A stretch of DNA of 64,000 nt from Bacteroidota bacterium (GCA_023389855.1 JAEWDZ010000004.1:6894-70893); one strand, 5' to 3'. Shown: positions 28,398 through 39,487, counted from the first letter of the stretch. Notes: generated from the letters alone by a model not told the origin. Program-made: numbers and translations.

Positions 28398-28409
28398 ATG
28401 TTATGAGAT

Positions 28410-29420
28410 TTAATTTGGTAATTGAAAATATTTTTTATGTCTTAGTATAAAGTATTGATATACGACACAGTATCTTTTTAGATGTGATTTTACTTCTTGT
28501 GGAGAAGGTTTGTAATGCTCTCTCATCTTTTTATAATCTTTTCTGGCTTCAAGAATAGCTTTTGCATGACTTTTTTTTCTCTGAAGCAAAAACAGTAAGA
28601 CTGATATTATATCTAGAAATAAGCGAATCAATAATATCCTTCTCGATATATGAGCAGGTAGATTCTTGTAGAGCATTAGGTAATTATTTCTATAATTCAG
28701 GTAGACTTTTTGTGGATTAATTGTAGCTAGAGTAGCTCCACCTACATGGTATACTTCGCTATCCGGACAGTAGTATACAGACTTCCCACTCCTGTAGATT
28801 CTCCAGCAAAGATCTATTTCTTCTTGATGAGCGAAAAAGAAGGGATCTAGTCCTCCGCATTCAATATAAGTATCCCGTTTTATAAATAGGCATGCTCCAG
28901 AAGCCCACGAAATAGGAGTAGAAATATTATATTGGCCTTTATCTTCCTCAATTTCAGAAAATAATCGTCCTCGACAAAAAGGGTATCCATATTTGTCAAT
29001 ATAGCCACCAGCAGCTCCTGCATATTCAAAATATGAAGGATGCTTATAACTTTTGATTTTAGGTTGTACTGCAGCAATATGAGGAGATTCTAAAAGAGAC
29101 ATCGGGCCTTCAATCCAATTCTTTGTTACTTGAACATCGCTGTTTAGTAGACATATATAGCGGTAGTCCGATAGTTGAATCGCTTTATTATAGCCTTCTG
29201 CAAAACCATAGTTTTTTTCAAATGAATATAGGACAACTTCAGGAAAATTTTCCTTTATCCACTCAACGGATCCGTCGATTGAATTATTGTCAGCCACGAT
29301 GATGGTTGCTTTTTTTTTAGGGGTTTCCCGCATTAGAGTAGGCAAAAACTCGTTTAATAAATGGCGTCCATTCCAGTTTAATACGATAACCGCTAAAGGT
29401 GTTCTGAAATCCTTATTCAT
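28410..29420 (-). CDS. Glycosyltransferase family 2
   Basis: VIVLNWNG, ADNNSIDGS, NYGFAEGYN, LLNSD, FFAHQEEIDLCWR. Confidence 0.9.
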   Translation of the reverse strand: MNKDFRTPLAVIVLNWNGRHLLNEFLPTLMRETPKKKATIIVADNNSIDGSVEWIKENFPEVVLYSFEKNYGFAEGYNKAIQLSDYRYICLLNSDVQVTKNWIEGPMSLLESPHIAAVQPKIKSYKHPSYFEYAGAAGGYIDKYGYPFCRGRLFSEIEEDKGQYNISTPISWASGACLFIKRDTYIECGGLDPFFFAHQEEIDLCWRIYRSGKSVYYCPDSEVYHVGGATLATINPQKVYLNYRNNYLMLYKNLPAHISRRILLIRLFLDIISVLLFLLQRKKSHAKAILEARKDYKKMREHYKPSPQEVKSHLKRYCVVYQYFILRHKKYFQLPN

Positions 29421-29433
29421 GGCGTTCTCCTTA

Positions 29434-30774
29434 TCAAATAAGATCTACTGTACAGTGCTCTGTTCCTGGTTCTTGAGGACCTATAATTACTGTAGTTATA
29501 TTTCCTGCAAGAGTCTCATTATAAGGTGCTACTACACGTATATAGTTTTCAGTAAAACCACACATAAATCCGTTGTTGTCACTTTTTTCCCACAATACGC
29601 AGAGTTTTTGTCCAATAAATTGACTATAGAACGCAGATAGATGTTTATTACTTATTTGTTGGAGTCGTTTGGAGCGAATCTTCTTCATTGCGGGGGAAAC
29701 AATTGGTCGAATGCCAAGAGCATCCGTACCCTCGCGCTCACTGTAAGGAAAAATATGTAGTCGCGTAAAGGGAGTCTCTGCAATAAAACGTTCGCTTTCC
29801 TCAAATAAATTATCCGTTTCACCTCTCATTCCCACAATCACATCCACGCCAATAAAAGCTTCAGGTGTAAGGACCTTAATCTTTTCAACGCGATCCAGAA
29901 AAAGAGATCTTCGATACTGGCGTCGCATCAGTTTTAAGATTTCATCACTACCGCTCTGTAAAGGTATATGCCAATGCGGCATAAAACGATGGCTTTCAGC
30001 GACAGCGTGAATAAGGTCATCGCTGATGAGGTCAGGTTCCAGACTACTTATCCGATACCGATCTATCCCTTCCACTTTGTCTAATGCAATAACTAGATCA
30101 ATTAATGATTCTTTTGTTGACTTTCCAAAGTCCCCTATGTTAACCCCTGTTAAGACTATTTCTCGCCCGCCATTATCGGCTACTTCATGAGCTTTTTTTA
30201 CTAGACTTTCAATAGATCCATTTCTACTTCTTCCCCTAGCCTTAGGTATCGTACAGTAGCTACATGCATAGTTACATCCATCTTGAACTTTGAGAAAATG
30301 TCTCGTTCGATCATCCAAAGAGCACCCATCTTCGAAAATGTGCATATGACTCCGATCTGCAAGATAGACTGGCTTGGGTGATTTTACTAGCATTTGTCCA
30401 GAAAAAAAGTCTTTCAAATGCTCAACAATTTCACTTTTTCTACCAGCTCCCACTACCATGCTGACACCTGGAATGGCCAACACTTGCTCTCCAGCTAATT
30501 GGGCATAACATCCCGTGACAACAACTGCCGCTCCTTTGTTTTCTCGTACTACTTTTCTTATTAGTGATCTGGCTTTTTTATCTGCAACAGATGTTACAGT
30601 ACACGTATTTATAATACATATATCCGCTATTTCATTTTCTTGAGCACGGAAAACGCCTTCTTGCTCCAAATCACCCGAAAGAGTAGAGGTTTCTGAAAAA
30701 TTGAGTTTACATCCTAATGTATAATAGGACGCACGTTTACCTCTTAGACAAGTTTCGCGGTTTATAGCACACAT
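29434..30774 (-). CDS. mtaB: tRNA t6A37 methylthiotransferase MtaB
   Basis: TLGCKLNFSE, INTCTVT, KVQDGCNYACSYCTIP radical SAM motif, LHIFPYSER. Confidence 0.92.
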   Translation of the reverse strand: MCAINRETCLRGKRASYYTLGCKLNFSETSTLSGDLEQEGVFRAQENEIADICIINTCTVTSVADKKARSLIRKVVRENKGAAVVVTGCYAQLAGEQVLAIPGVSMVVGAGRKSEIVEHLKDFFSGQMLVKSPKPVYLADRSHMHIFEDGCSLDDRTRHFLKVQDGCNYACSYCTIPKARGRSRNGSIESLVKKAHEVADNGGREIVLTGVNIGDFGKSTKESLIDLVIALDKVEGIDRYRISSLEPDLISDDLIHAVAESHRFMPHWHIPLQSGSDEILKLMRRQYRRSLFLDRVEKIKVLTPEAFIGVDVIVGMRGETDNLFEESERFIAETPFTRLHIFPYSEREGTDALGIRPIVSPAMKKIRSKRLQQISNKHLSAFYSQFIGQKLCVLWEKSDNNGFMCGFTENYIRVVAPYNETLAGNITTVIIGPQEPGTEHCTVDLI

Positions 30775-30777
30775 CTT

Positions 30778-32274
30778 TTAAAAAGGATCTTCAAATTCTT
30801 CACGACCAAAATTTTCAGATGGCGGTATGTATCCAATACTAGAATCCATAGAAGCGATATTACCACTTCCTACGGGAGTAAATTTCGTAAACTCTTTACG
30901 GAATGTCATGCGAAAATCCCCTGTTGCACCATTTCTATTTTTCGCTAATACGAAAACTCCCATTCCCACTGTTGAAGTATTGTCTTCCTGGAAAGTTAAG
31001 ATATTATATACTTCTGGGCGATGTAGAAAGCCAACAATGTCGGCATCCTGTTCGATAGAACCAGATTCACGAAGGTCGGAGAGTTGTGGTTGCCTACTGT
31101 TACTGTCACTTTGCTGTCTTTTTTCAATATCACGATTCAACTGAGCAAGGGCAATAATAGGAATTTGTAGTTCTTTAGCTAAACTCTTGAGTGAACGTGA
31201 TATAAGACTAATCTCTTGTTCTCTACTACCATACTGCAAGCCTTCAGCTGTCATCAATTGTAAGTAGTCTATGACGATAAGCTGCACACCCTTCTCTCGA
31301 ACAGCACGCCGAGCCTTGCTCCGGAGTTCAAAAATCGATAGACCTGGGGTTTCATCGAGATAAAGAGGTTTTCCGCAAAGCATTTCTTTTCTTATTGCAA
31401 GTGTTTCCCATTCATAATATTCTAGCTGTCCCGATCGTAACTTGCTAAGAGGAATTTCACATACATTACTCAAGACACGCATCATCAGAGACTCGTTGCT
31501 CATCTCTAGAGAAAAGAAGAGTGTGGGAATACTCATATCCACAGAGAGTGTTTTTAGGAGAGAGAGAGCAAACGCTGTCTTACCCATGGCAGGTCGTGCT
31601 CCGATAATAATCAACTCTCCTGGATGTAAACCACTCGTAAGAGTATCCAATTCGGGAAATCCTGTAATTAATCCACTGATACCTGTTTCACACTTCGAAG
31701 CTTCTTCGATTTTTTGGGTTAAAATAGGTAAGAAGGCATCTGCTCGCGCAAAATCCTTCTTCATCTTAGACCGAGACAATTCAAAAAGATGTCCTTCAGC
31801 CCTTTGCATTTGCTGTACGATATCTTCACTATCCTCGTATGCTGAGGAAAGAACCTCTCCAGCAAAATCAATCAGAGCGCGGCTTAGAAATTTATCTGCT
31901 ACGACTTGGGCATGGTAAGAAAGGCTCGATATGGAGGGTAAGTCTCTGGTAAGTTCTGCTATATATGTAGGACCTCCAGCGCTCTCTAGATTTCCAGTTT
32001 TTCGTAATTCCTCTGTTACCGTAAGCATGTCTACAGGATGCTCACGGAGGGATAATGTATGCATTGCCTCATAGATATATCTATGGGGCTTGAAATAAAA
32101 ACTCTCTGGTTTCAGTAGTTGCTGAACTTCTATGAAACCGTCCTCTTCTAGCATGAGAGCTCCTAGTACGGCCTGCTCAAATTCTATTGAATGTGGAGGC
32201 AATTGACCATCAAAAGCAATATTGTCGTAATTATTTTTATTGCTCTTTGTTGTATTACGATTTGATTTGGCCAT
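30778..32274 (-). CDS. dnaB: Replicative DNA helicase
   Basis: GARPAMGKT, FFSLEM, IDYLQL, QLSDLRESGSIEQDAD, KNRNG. Confidence 0.96.
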   Translation of the reverse strand: MAKSNRNTTKSNKNNYDNIAFDGQLPPHSIEFEQAVLGALMLEEDGFIEVQQLLKPESFYFKPHRYIYEAMHTLSLREHPVDMLTVTEELRKTGNLESAGGPTYIAELTRDLPSISSLSYHAQVVADKFLSRALIDFAGEVLSSAYEDSEDIVQQMQRAEGHLFELSRSKMKKDFARADAFLPILTQKIEEASKCETGISGLITGFPELDTLTSGLHPGELIIIGARPAMGKTAFALSLLKTLSVDMSIPTLFFSLEMSNESLMMRVLSNVCEIPLSKLRSGQLEYYEWETLAIRKEMLCGKPLYLDETPGLSIFELRSKARRAVREKGVQLIVIDYLQLMTAEGLQYGSREQEISLISRSLKSLAKELQIPIIALAQLNRDIEKRQQSDSNSRQPQLSDLRESGSIEQDADIVGFLHRPEVYNILTFQEDNTSTVGMGVFVLAKNRNGATGDFRMTFRKEFTKFTPVGSGNIASMDSSIGYIPPSENFGREEFEDPF

Positions 32275-32331
32275 CGTATCAATAAAGTATTAGAACCTCA
32301 AGAATAATAGGGTACGAAGTTCACTTTCTAA

Positions 32332-34119
32332 CTAATCGAGTTTTAATACTGCAAGGAATGCTTTTTGAGGAACCTGTACAGTACCGATCTGCTTCATTCG
32401 TTTTTTTCCCTCTTTTTGTTTTTCTAGTAGTTTGCGTTTACGGCTTATATCTCCACCATAGCATTTTGCAGTCACATCTTTTCGGACGGCCTTGATGGTT
32501 TCTCGAGCAATAACTTTAGCTCCTATAGTTGCTTGTACTGCAATATCAAATTGTTGGCGAGGTATCAATTCTTTTAACTTTTCACACATGCGCCTTCCGA
32601 AAGGAACACTATTATCAATATGTGTTAGCGTAGAGAGCGCATCCACCGGATCTCCATTAAGCAGAATATCTAATTTTACTAATTTAGATGGTCTATATTC
32701 GGACATATGATAGTCGAAAGAAGCATAGCCTCGAGATATGCTTTTTAGTTTATCATAAAAATCAATTACAATTTCTCCCAGAGGCATGTCAAAAATTACT
32801 TCTACACGATTCCCTGAAATAAAATCTTGCTTGATGAGAATACCACGTTTGTCAAGGCATAGAGATATCACGGGTCCAATATAATCTGCTTTGGTAATGA
32901 TCGTTGCACGAATATAGGGCTCATCAATGCTTTCTATTTTTGTCGGATCTGGCAATCCACTAGGATTGTGTACCTCTAAGACTTCTCCTTTTTTTCCATG
33001 AACAATGTATGATACGTTGGGAACGGTCGTAATGACGTTCATATTAAACTCTCTATCGAGGCGTTCTTGGATTATCTCCATATGAAGCAGTCCAAGAAAT
33101 CCACATCGAAATCCGAACCCTAGGGCAGAACTGCTTTCATGGGTAAAGGTAAGGGAGGCATCATTAAGTTGAAGCTTCTCTAGGGACGTGCGAAGATTTT
33201 CATAGTCCTCTGGATCTATCGGATAAACACCGGCAAAGACCATCGGTTTAACTTCTTTAAATCCAGCAATTGCTTCCTCAGCTGGGCGATTGACATGAGT
33301 GATCGTATCCCCTACACGGACCTCTTTACTTTCTTTAATACCAGAAATAATGTAACCAACATCACCTGTCGAAATAGTCGCTTTAGGCTGCATTTCCAAC
33401 TTGAGTGTTCCTACCTCATCTGCCTGGTATTCCATACCTGTGGCTATAAACTTTACTTTATCCTTTTGAGATATAGATCCATTTACAACTTTGAAGTAAG
33501 CAATGATGCCACGGAATGGATTGAATACAGAGTCGAATACCAGCGCCTGTAAGGGAGCCTCTGGATCTCCTGTAGGATGGGGTATCTCTTGTACAATTGT
33601 TTCTAGAATAGCAGCAATACCTTCGCCCGTTTTTCCACTGGCTCGAAGGATCGAATTCCGATCACATCCGAGTAGTTCAACGATTTGATCTTCAACTTCG
33701 TCAGGATTTGAGCCAGGAAGGTCGATTTTATTGATTACGGGTATTATAGTAAGATCATTTTCAATAGCCAAGTAAAGGTTGCTGATGGTCTGTGCTTGTA
33801 TCCCTTGTGAAGCATCTACTACAAGTAATGCTCCTTCGCATGCTGCTATGGATCGTGATACTTCGTAGCTGAAGTCAACATGCCCTGGTGTGTCTATTAA
33901 ATTAAGAATATACTCCTCTTCTTCGTACTTGTAGCGCATTTGTATAGCATGACTTTTTATCGTAATTCCACGCTCACGCTCCAAATCCATATTATCCAAT
34001 ACTTGGTCCTTTTGATCTTTGGGTTCTATAGTGCCTGTATATTCTAAGAGACGATCTGCCAATGTACTCTTACCGTGATCGATATGGGCAATGATACAGA
34101 AGTTTCGGATATTTTTCAT
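32332..34119 (-). CDS. lepA: Elongation factor 4
   Basis: [49 protein letters not shown]. Confidence 0.98.
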   Translation of the reverse strand: MKNIRNFCIIAHIDHGKSTLADRLLEYTGTIEPKDQKDQVLDNMDLERERGITIKSHAIQMRYKYEEEEYILNLIDTPGHVDFSYEVSRSIAACEGALLVVDASQGIQAQTISNLYLAIENDLTIIPVINKIDLPGSNPDEVEDQIVELLGCDRNSILRASGKTGEGIAAILETIVQEIPHPTGDPEAPLQALVFDSVFNPFRGIIAYFKVVNGSISQKDKVKFIATGMEYQADEVGTLKLEMQPKATISTGDVGYIISGIKESKEVRVGDTITHVNRPAEEAIAGFKEVKPMVFAGVYPIDPEDYENLRTSLEKLQLNDASLTFTHESSSALGFGFRCGFLGLLHMEIIQERLDREFNMNVITTVPNVSYIVHGKKGEVLEVHNPSGLPDPTKIESIDEPYIRATIITKADYIGPVISLCLDKRGILIKQDFISGNRVEVIFDMPLGEIVIDFYDKLKSISRGYASFDYHMSEYRPSKLVKLDILLNGDPVDALSTLTHIDNSVPFGRRMCEKLKELIPRQQFDIAVQATIGAKVIARETIKAVRKDVTAKCYGGDISRKRKLLEKQKEGKKRMKQIGTVQVPQKAFLAVLKLD

Positions 34120-34511
34120 TGATTATGAAGATTCTTTTGTTCTAAAGTGGGGCGTATAAAAGCATTTTTGGGGTATATGGGGATGATTTTTACCGAACGA
34201 AATTGTTCCGATATTACTCCCAATTAATCCCGTATGCATGTTTATGCCATTACTTTGATAAGGCCTACAAAGTTACTCAAATAATATGAATTTTCAAATA
34301 GATACCGCTTCGGTAAACCCTATTATATCTGATATGACATATCCTATCAATACAATGGCTTACAAAAGAATTCATAGTATCGGTTGAGATTTTCATATTT
34401 GCTCTATTTTCCAGCCTTAAATACATAATAGGTTTTTCTATCTTCTTTTTTGTCTCTTCAAGAGTCTTGTTTTCTGTTTTACCTACAACTCTTTATTTTA
34501 TTCCTACTGAA

Positions 34512-34558
34512 TACCACTTAATAGGGATTGACTATACCACTAATTACAATTAATTTTG
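34512..34558 (+). promoter_or_regulatory. Promoter with candidate operator for TonB receptor operon
   Basis: TACCAC-TTAA-TAGGGA (34512-34527), then TTGACTA-N16-TAATTTTG (34551-34558); same geometry as the hmuY promoter. Confidence 0.65.
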
Positions 34559-34597
34559 CAGCCGAAAACGAATATACGAGCGAATAAAATTTTCTGG

Positions 34598-36982
34598 ATG
34601 ATCAGCAGGAGTCTTTTATTTTTCTTGCCTTTATTGCTCGCAGCAATGTGGGGGACAAGCTATGCCGAGAACCATATTGTTACGATACAAGGGACTGTTT
34701 TTTCCGATGCCAAAGAACCTTTGATAGGAGTTACAATTCAGATTGATAATAGTAAGGATGGAGTCATCAGCGATGCCCAAGGACACTATTGCATTAAAGT
34801 CTCAAAAGGTGAGCACAAGTTAAAGCTAACCTACGTCGGGTATAAAGAAAAAGAAGAATCCATTTACGCAGATTGCGACAAGCGTATCGATTTTTTTCTT
34901 AGCGAGGATATTGTCTTAATAGGTAATGTTCGTGTTGTGGGAGAATCAAAAAATGTCAAAGTAAAAAAAAGTATCTTCTCTACAAATGCAATTGACATTT
35001 CCTCTAAACTTAGTTCAATTCAGAGTATTACCAAAGAGGTGGAAAAAGGGGTTGGTGTTCGCGTACGAAGAAGTGGGGGACTCGGCTCTGATTTTAACAT
35101 TACGCTTAATGGTCTCGGCGGAAACTCTATACGTTATTATATTGATGGAGTCCCCATGAATACAAAGGGAGAGTATTTTTCGTTAGAAAATATACCTTTA
35201 CATATTATTGATCGTATAGAAGTTTACAAAGGAGTAGTACCCGCATACTTAGGTGGTGATGCTCTTGGAGGAGCGATCAATATAATAACTACTGTAAAGA
35301 ACAAGAATTATTATGATTTATCCTATAGCATAGGATCTTTTTATACTCATCAACTAGATCTTAATGCCCAAATTATCGAATCCAAAACGGGGCTAACAAT
35401 AAAACCAACGCTTGCTTACAAATATTCGAAAAACAACTATTTGATGAAGAATGTCAGGGTATTGAATCCTGACAACAACCATTTTGAAGTAGGAAATTAT
35501 AGACGTTTTCACGATGCATATAGCAATCTATTTTCCCAATTAGAAATAGGTTTTTCCAATAAGTCTTGGGCAGATTTCTTCTATTTTTCAGCCTCCTATT
35601 CTCATCTAAAAAAGGATATTCAAACGGGAGCTACACAGGATGTCGTTTATGGAGCCGCCTATAGGAAAAGCCATGCATACAGCCTAAGAGCTCGCTATAA
35701 AAAACGAGATCTTCTTATCGATGGTTTGACTTTATCGGCAGATCTTTCTCACACCATACAAAAGTCCTCAACCGTAGATACCGTCATGGCAATCTATTTC
35801 TGGAATGGCTATCGCAGGTCTTCTGATTTTGCAGAAATCAATTCTTACCCAGTAGTCCGTAATTATTACCGACCTTATACGACTGTTCGATTAAATATTG
35901 ATTATAAATTATCGCCACACAGTGATCTGAATCTAAACTACCTACTAACTGCCAATACAGATAATATGGAACAATTCACAAGTGACGAGACTAAAGCAAA
36001 AGGAAAAGCTACTGACTATCTCACACGTAATTTTATCAATTTGTCTTATGATCTTACCTTATACGAAGGTAAGAGTCGCTCTACTTTCTTTGTCAAGGAA
36101 TTTATTAATCACGTGAAAATAGAGGAAAAAAAAGTCGGTAGTGGGGCCCATTATCTTTCAGGATACGATAAAGATAAAGCAAATACAACTAAATGTTTTA
36201 CAGCATATGGCTTAGGATCACGCTATAGTTTTCACGACGCATTTGCAACGAAACTTTCGTATGAGTATAGTGTGCGTTTGCCAGGAGCAATGGAGTTATT
36301 GGGAGATGGAGATGTTCTACAAGCTAATTATGCATTGGAACCAGAGAAAAGCAATAATTATAATCTGAATATTTATGGCAGTAGTGAACTGATTCCGCAT
36401 CTCAATATCTTCTATGAAGGAGGATTTTTTTATCGTAATATACACGATTTTATCATGGTCGTTCAAGACCGTGAAAAATACAGGTTCAAGAATCTATCCA
36501 GAATCAGCATAAAAGGTGTTGAATTGGAAATGGGCTTGAACTATCAAGATCAATTAAGTTTTAAAGGAAATCTGTCGTATGAAAAAGCTGTCGATATGAT
36601 GGAAAGTAAAATCTCAGACGGCAAACCTAACGCAGCTTATAGACAGCAAATCCCGAACAGACCTACTTTCTATGCCAATTTGAACGCTTCGTACACGATG
36701 AAAAATATTTTGGGTAAGGAGAATAGATTAACCTTAACGTATGATTTTCATCATGTAAAATGGTTTTATCTTACGTGGGCTACTTATGGACATCGAGATA
36801 GTAAATCCATTATCCCTACACAAAATGCTCATGATGTTTCTGCTACTTTCCTATGGCACAATAATCAATACAGCGTTTCCTTGGAATGCAATAATATTTT
36901 TGATGTCTTATTGTTTGATAACTACAAATTGCAGAAACCTGGGAGAGCCATCTTTTGTAAATTCCGCTTCTTTTTCAAATAA
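34598..36982 (+). CDS. TonB-dependent receptor with N-terminal carboxypeptidase-regulatory-like domain (putative iron/siderophore uptake)
   Basis: Signal peptide; EPLIGVTI...LTYVGY; GVRVRRSGGLGS, IDRIEVYKGVVP...DALGGAINIIT, LQKPGRAI. Start moved to ATG 34598 because TTG 34556 lies in the -7 box. Confidence 0.9.
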   Translation: MISRSLLFFLPLLLAAMWGTSYAENHIVTIQGTVFSDAKEPLIGVTIQIDNSKDGVISDAQGHYCIKVSKGEHKLKLTYVGYKEKEESIYADCDKRIDFFLSEDIVLIGNVRVVGESKNVKVKKSIFSTNAIDISSKLSSIQSITKEVEKGVGVRVRRSGGLGSDFNITLNGLGGNSIRYYIDGVPMNTKGEYFSLENIPLHIIDRIEVYKGVVPAYLGGDALGGAINIITTVKNKNYYDLSYSIGSFYTHQLDLNAQIIESKTGLTIKPTLAYKYSKNNYLMKNVRVLNPDNNHFEVGNYRRFHDAYSNLFSQLEIGFSNKSWADFFYFSASYSHLKKDIQTGATQDVVYGAAYRKSHAYSLRARYKKRDLLIDGLTLSADLSHTIQKSSTVDTVMAIYFWNGYRRSSDFAEINSYPVVRNYYRPYTTVRLNIDYKLSPHSDLNLNYLLTANTDNMEQFTSDETKAKGKATDYLTRNFINLSYDLTLYEGKSRSTFFVKEFINHVKIEEKKVGSGAHYLSGYDKDKANTTKCFTAYGLGSRYSFHDAFATKLSYEYSVRLPGAMELLGDGDVLQANYALEPEKSNNYNLNIYGSSELIPHLNIFYEGGFFYRNIHDFIMVVQDREKYRFKNLSRISIKGVELEMGLNYQDQLSFKGNLSYEKAVDMMESKISDGKPNAAYRQQIPNRPTFYANLNASYTMKNILGKENRLTLTYDFHHVKWFYLTWATYGHRDSKSIIPTQNAHDVSATFLWHNNQYSVSLECNNIFDVLLFDNYKLQKPGRAIFCKFRFFFK

Positions 36983-37023
36983 TACTAGTCGAGATTATAC
37001 TAAACTATACCAATTGTAATAAT

Positions 37024-38070
37024 ATGATCAGAACACTTATTGATTTACTTTACTTCTTCAATTCTCTGTCAGGCTTCTTAGTCGCGCTGATATTTTGGAC
37101 TGTGGTAACAGTCTCGTTTGCCAAAAGCATAAAAAAATATGCGCGTATTATTTATGTCGTTTTGGGTATTTTAGGTTTGATGACATTCCTTCCAGTACTC
37201 AGTTTATGGGGGATAACGTGGATGAAAGTGTTATTTTATCCTGTGATATCAGATATATTTATTGAATACTCACATGCCACGTACGTTATACATCCGATCT
37301 TGGTGATTATTATGTATATGGGGGCTTTTAGACCCTCGATACCGGCAATTGCTAAACTTATGAATATTCGTAAAGAATTATCTATTATGGTCGGATTTGC
37401 CGTAATCCCTCATGCAATAAATCGGATTATTATGGTAGTGCCTAGCGCCTATCAATTTTTTGCTGATCGTAGTACGCTTGAACAACAGCACGAAATCGTT
37501 AGTGTATGGGGGCAGGGCGTTATGAATGCTGTTTTCCTTTTGGGTATACTTATGACACTTCTTTTTATCGTTTTATGGGTGACTTCATTTACAGGTATTC
37601 GTCGTAAAATGGGATTTAAAAAGTGGAAAGCTGTACAACGTTGGTCTTATGTCTTGTATGCTATGCTATTTATTCATGCTGTGGGTATTGATACGGGTAT
37701 GCTTATTACACACATCGAAAGTCAACGTATGACTCAAACTGTGGCTCAATCATTACAATCGTCCAATCCTCATATACAGAAAATGGTAGATGATGCAACT
37801 AGTAAAAAGAAAAAAACTTCTTTTTTAGGAATGACAATCAAAGAAAATAATCCCGCTGACAATGGAGGGAAACGCGGTTTTGGGTCCAAGTTCAAATTCT
37901 CAAATGTGGAGTTTTCTACAGAATGTAGTTGCATTGCCAATATATTTATTTTAGTAGTGATCTACGGATCTTACCTCTTTTTCCGATTGAGAAAGGCCTT
38001 TAGAGATAGGACTAAAAAGAGTAGGTTATACTCCAATAATGAAAAGCAACATATAGCTAACCAATTATAA
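37024..38070 (+). CDS. Ferric reductase-like (MsrQ-like) transmembrane protein
   Basis: IRKELSIMVGFAVIPH, LWVTSF...IRRKMGFKKWKAVQRWSYVLYAMLFIH; about 7 TM with intramembrane His. Confidence 0.75.
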   Translation: MIRTLIDLLYFFNSLSGFLVALIFWTVVTVSFAKSIKKYARIIYVVLGILGLMTFLPVLSLWGITWMKVLFYPVISDIFIEYSHATYVIHPILVIIMYMGAFRPSIPAIAKLMNIRKELSIMVGFAVIPHAINRIIMVVPSAYQFFADRSTLEQQHEIVSVWGQGVMNAVFLLGILMTLLFIVLWVTSFTGIRRKMGFKKWKAVQRWSYVLYAMLFIHAVGIDTGMLITHIESQRMTQTVAQSLQSSNPHIQKMVDDATSKKKKTSFLGMTIKENNPADNGGKRGFGSKFKFSNVEFSTECSCIANIFILVVIYGSYLFFRLRKAFRDRTKKSRLYSNNEKQHIANQL

Positions 38071-38079
38071 TTCGTTTTG

Positions 38080-39432
38080 ATGATGAAAAAAATATTTTAT
38101 TTATTCGCAGCAATTGCAGTAATGTCGTTATTGACAGCATGTGAAAAAGGAACAATAAAAAGAGTTGAAGAAGCTGTAATCTCGTCAGGAAATTATCACC
38201 TGGACCTTTTTCTTTCGGTAGAGGGGACAAGTGCTAATGGCACTTATGTAGCCCGTGTCGATAAACCTTCTAATCCCGATCAGTCAATTAATGTAACAGG
38301 AAAGGGAGTGGATATTACTGGTAAGATAAACATTGGTGCTATCCAGAAAAATGGTTATTATTATTTTGCTACTGAGGGCAATGACGGATTGGTAAAATAT
38401 CGTTTGACAGGTAATCAATTACAGAGCATAGCGGAGTGTTCTTATGGGAAGAAAATCTTTAAGAAGGGGATGATGACTGGTGCTATATCAGCGTCTCATG
38501 AGTGGATTGGCGATCACATTTTATTATTGTCGCAATACAGTACGGCTACAAAAAAACATATCTGGGCAAAATTTGACACACAGTCCATGACTCTTCTTTC
38601 TGAAGGAGAATTCGACCTACATGCAAAATATCCTGATGCGTTTAAATTCAGTACGTCTGGTCACTTCAGATATAGATCAACTGATGGAAAACTCTTATTT
38701 TTTACTTCCATTCATTACAAAGGAGAAGGTACACATCCTATGACCGGTGCTCCCAATACGATACGTGGTCCCCTAGCGGTAGTAGTCATGAATGAAAAAA
38801 CTATGAGTATAGAAAAAGCGTTGAAAGACGATCGTGTTTCAGGTATTGCACTTGAAGCGTATGGGGATACTCAGCAAGAAAAAGCTTACTTTGATGATAA
38901 AGGAGACTTGTATCTTATCTGCTTAAAAAAAGGATCAAAATATAAACCTGGAGGCCCCATACCTGAGTGTGTAATCATAAGAATGAAGAATGGTGAAACG
39001 GATACAGATAGAGGTTATCTCTTTGAACCAGAAAAAGATACGAATATTCTTATTGTAAGATACTTAAGTCCTGGTAAAGCTCTCTTCTTTGTTGGTGATC
39101 ATGAACGTTACTATAATGGCAATAAGCAAGATATCGAGAATTATGCATTTGATTCGTATTATTATGCTATTTTCGATAGCAGTGCTAAAACCCTCCGACG
39201 AATAAAAATTGATGGCAAAGATCTTCCATGGAGTACGGGAGGTTTCAATAATTACATTGCATCAATAGATGATACTTTCTATATTGGCGTCAACGCTGTT
39301 ACAAGAGACAATGATATGCAGGCCTATGTGTATTCTTTAGATGCAAAGACTGAAACGGTAAAAGAGGCTTTCAAAATAGACGAAAGCTTAACCTTTTTGC
39401 GTATGTATAGCGTAAAGAATACTGATAATTAA
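38080..39432 (+). CDS. Surface lipoprotein, DUF4374/XusB-like probable beta-propeller
   Basis: Lipobox LTAC; beta-rich; GKGVDITGK...QKNGYYY, FDDKGDLY, IRMKNGETDTDRGY resemble DUF4374 proteins; in a TBDR operon. Confidence 0.6.
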   Translation: MMKKIFYLFAAIAVMSLLTACEKGTIKRVEEAVISSGNYHLDLFLSVEGTSANGTYVARVDKPSNPDQSINVTGKGVDITGKINIGAIQKNGYYYFATEGNDGLVKYRLTGNQLQSIAECSYGKKIFKKGMMTGAISASHEWIGDHILLLSQYSTATKKHIWAKFDTQSMTLLSEGEFDLHAKYPDAFKFSTSGHFRYRSTDGKLLFFTSIHYKGEGTHPMTGAPNTIRGPLAVVVMNEKTMSIEKALKDDRVSGIALEAYGDTQQEKAYFDDKGDLYLICLKKGSKYKPGGPIPECVIIRMKNGETDTDRGYLFEPEKDTNILIVRYLSPGKALFFVGDHERYYNGNKQDIENYAFDSYYYAIFDSSAKTLRRIKIDGKDLPWSTGGFNNYIASIDDTFYIGVNAVTRDNDMQAYVYSLDAKTETVKEAFKIDESLTFLRMYSVKNTDN

Positions 39433-39448
39433 TTCTTTTTTAATTCAT

Positions 39449-39487
39449 AAGACTCCCCTATAGGGATACACCTATAGGGGAGTCTTT
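39449..39487. terminator. Terminator hairpin after TBDR operon
   Basis: AAGACTCCCCTATAGG-GATACA-CCTATAGGGGAGTCTT perfect 16-bp stem. Confidence 0.85.

Noticed and set aside
28397..28410. preQ1 riboswitch upstream of queF
   Set aside because: Only 12 nt separate queF from the upstream GT2 gene; no room and no motif.
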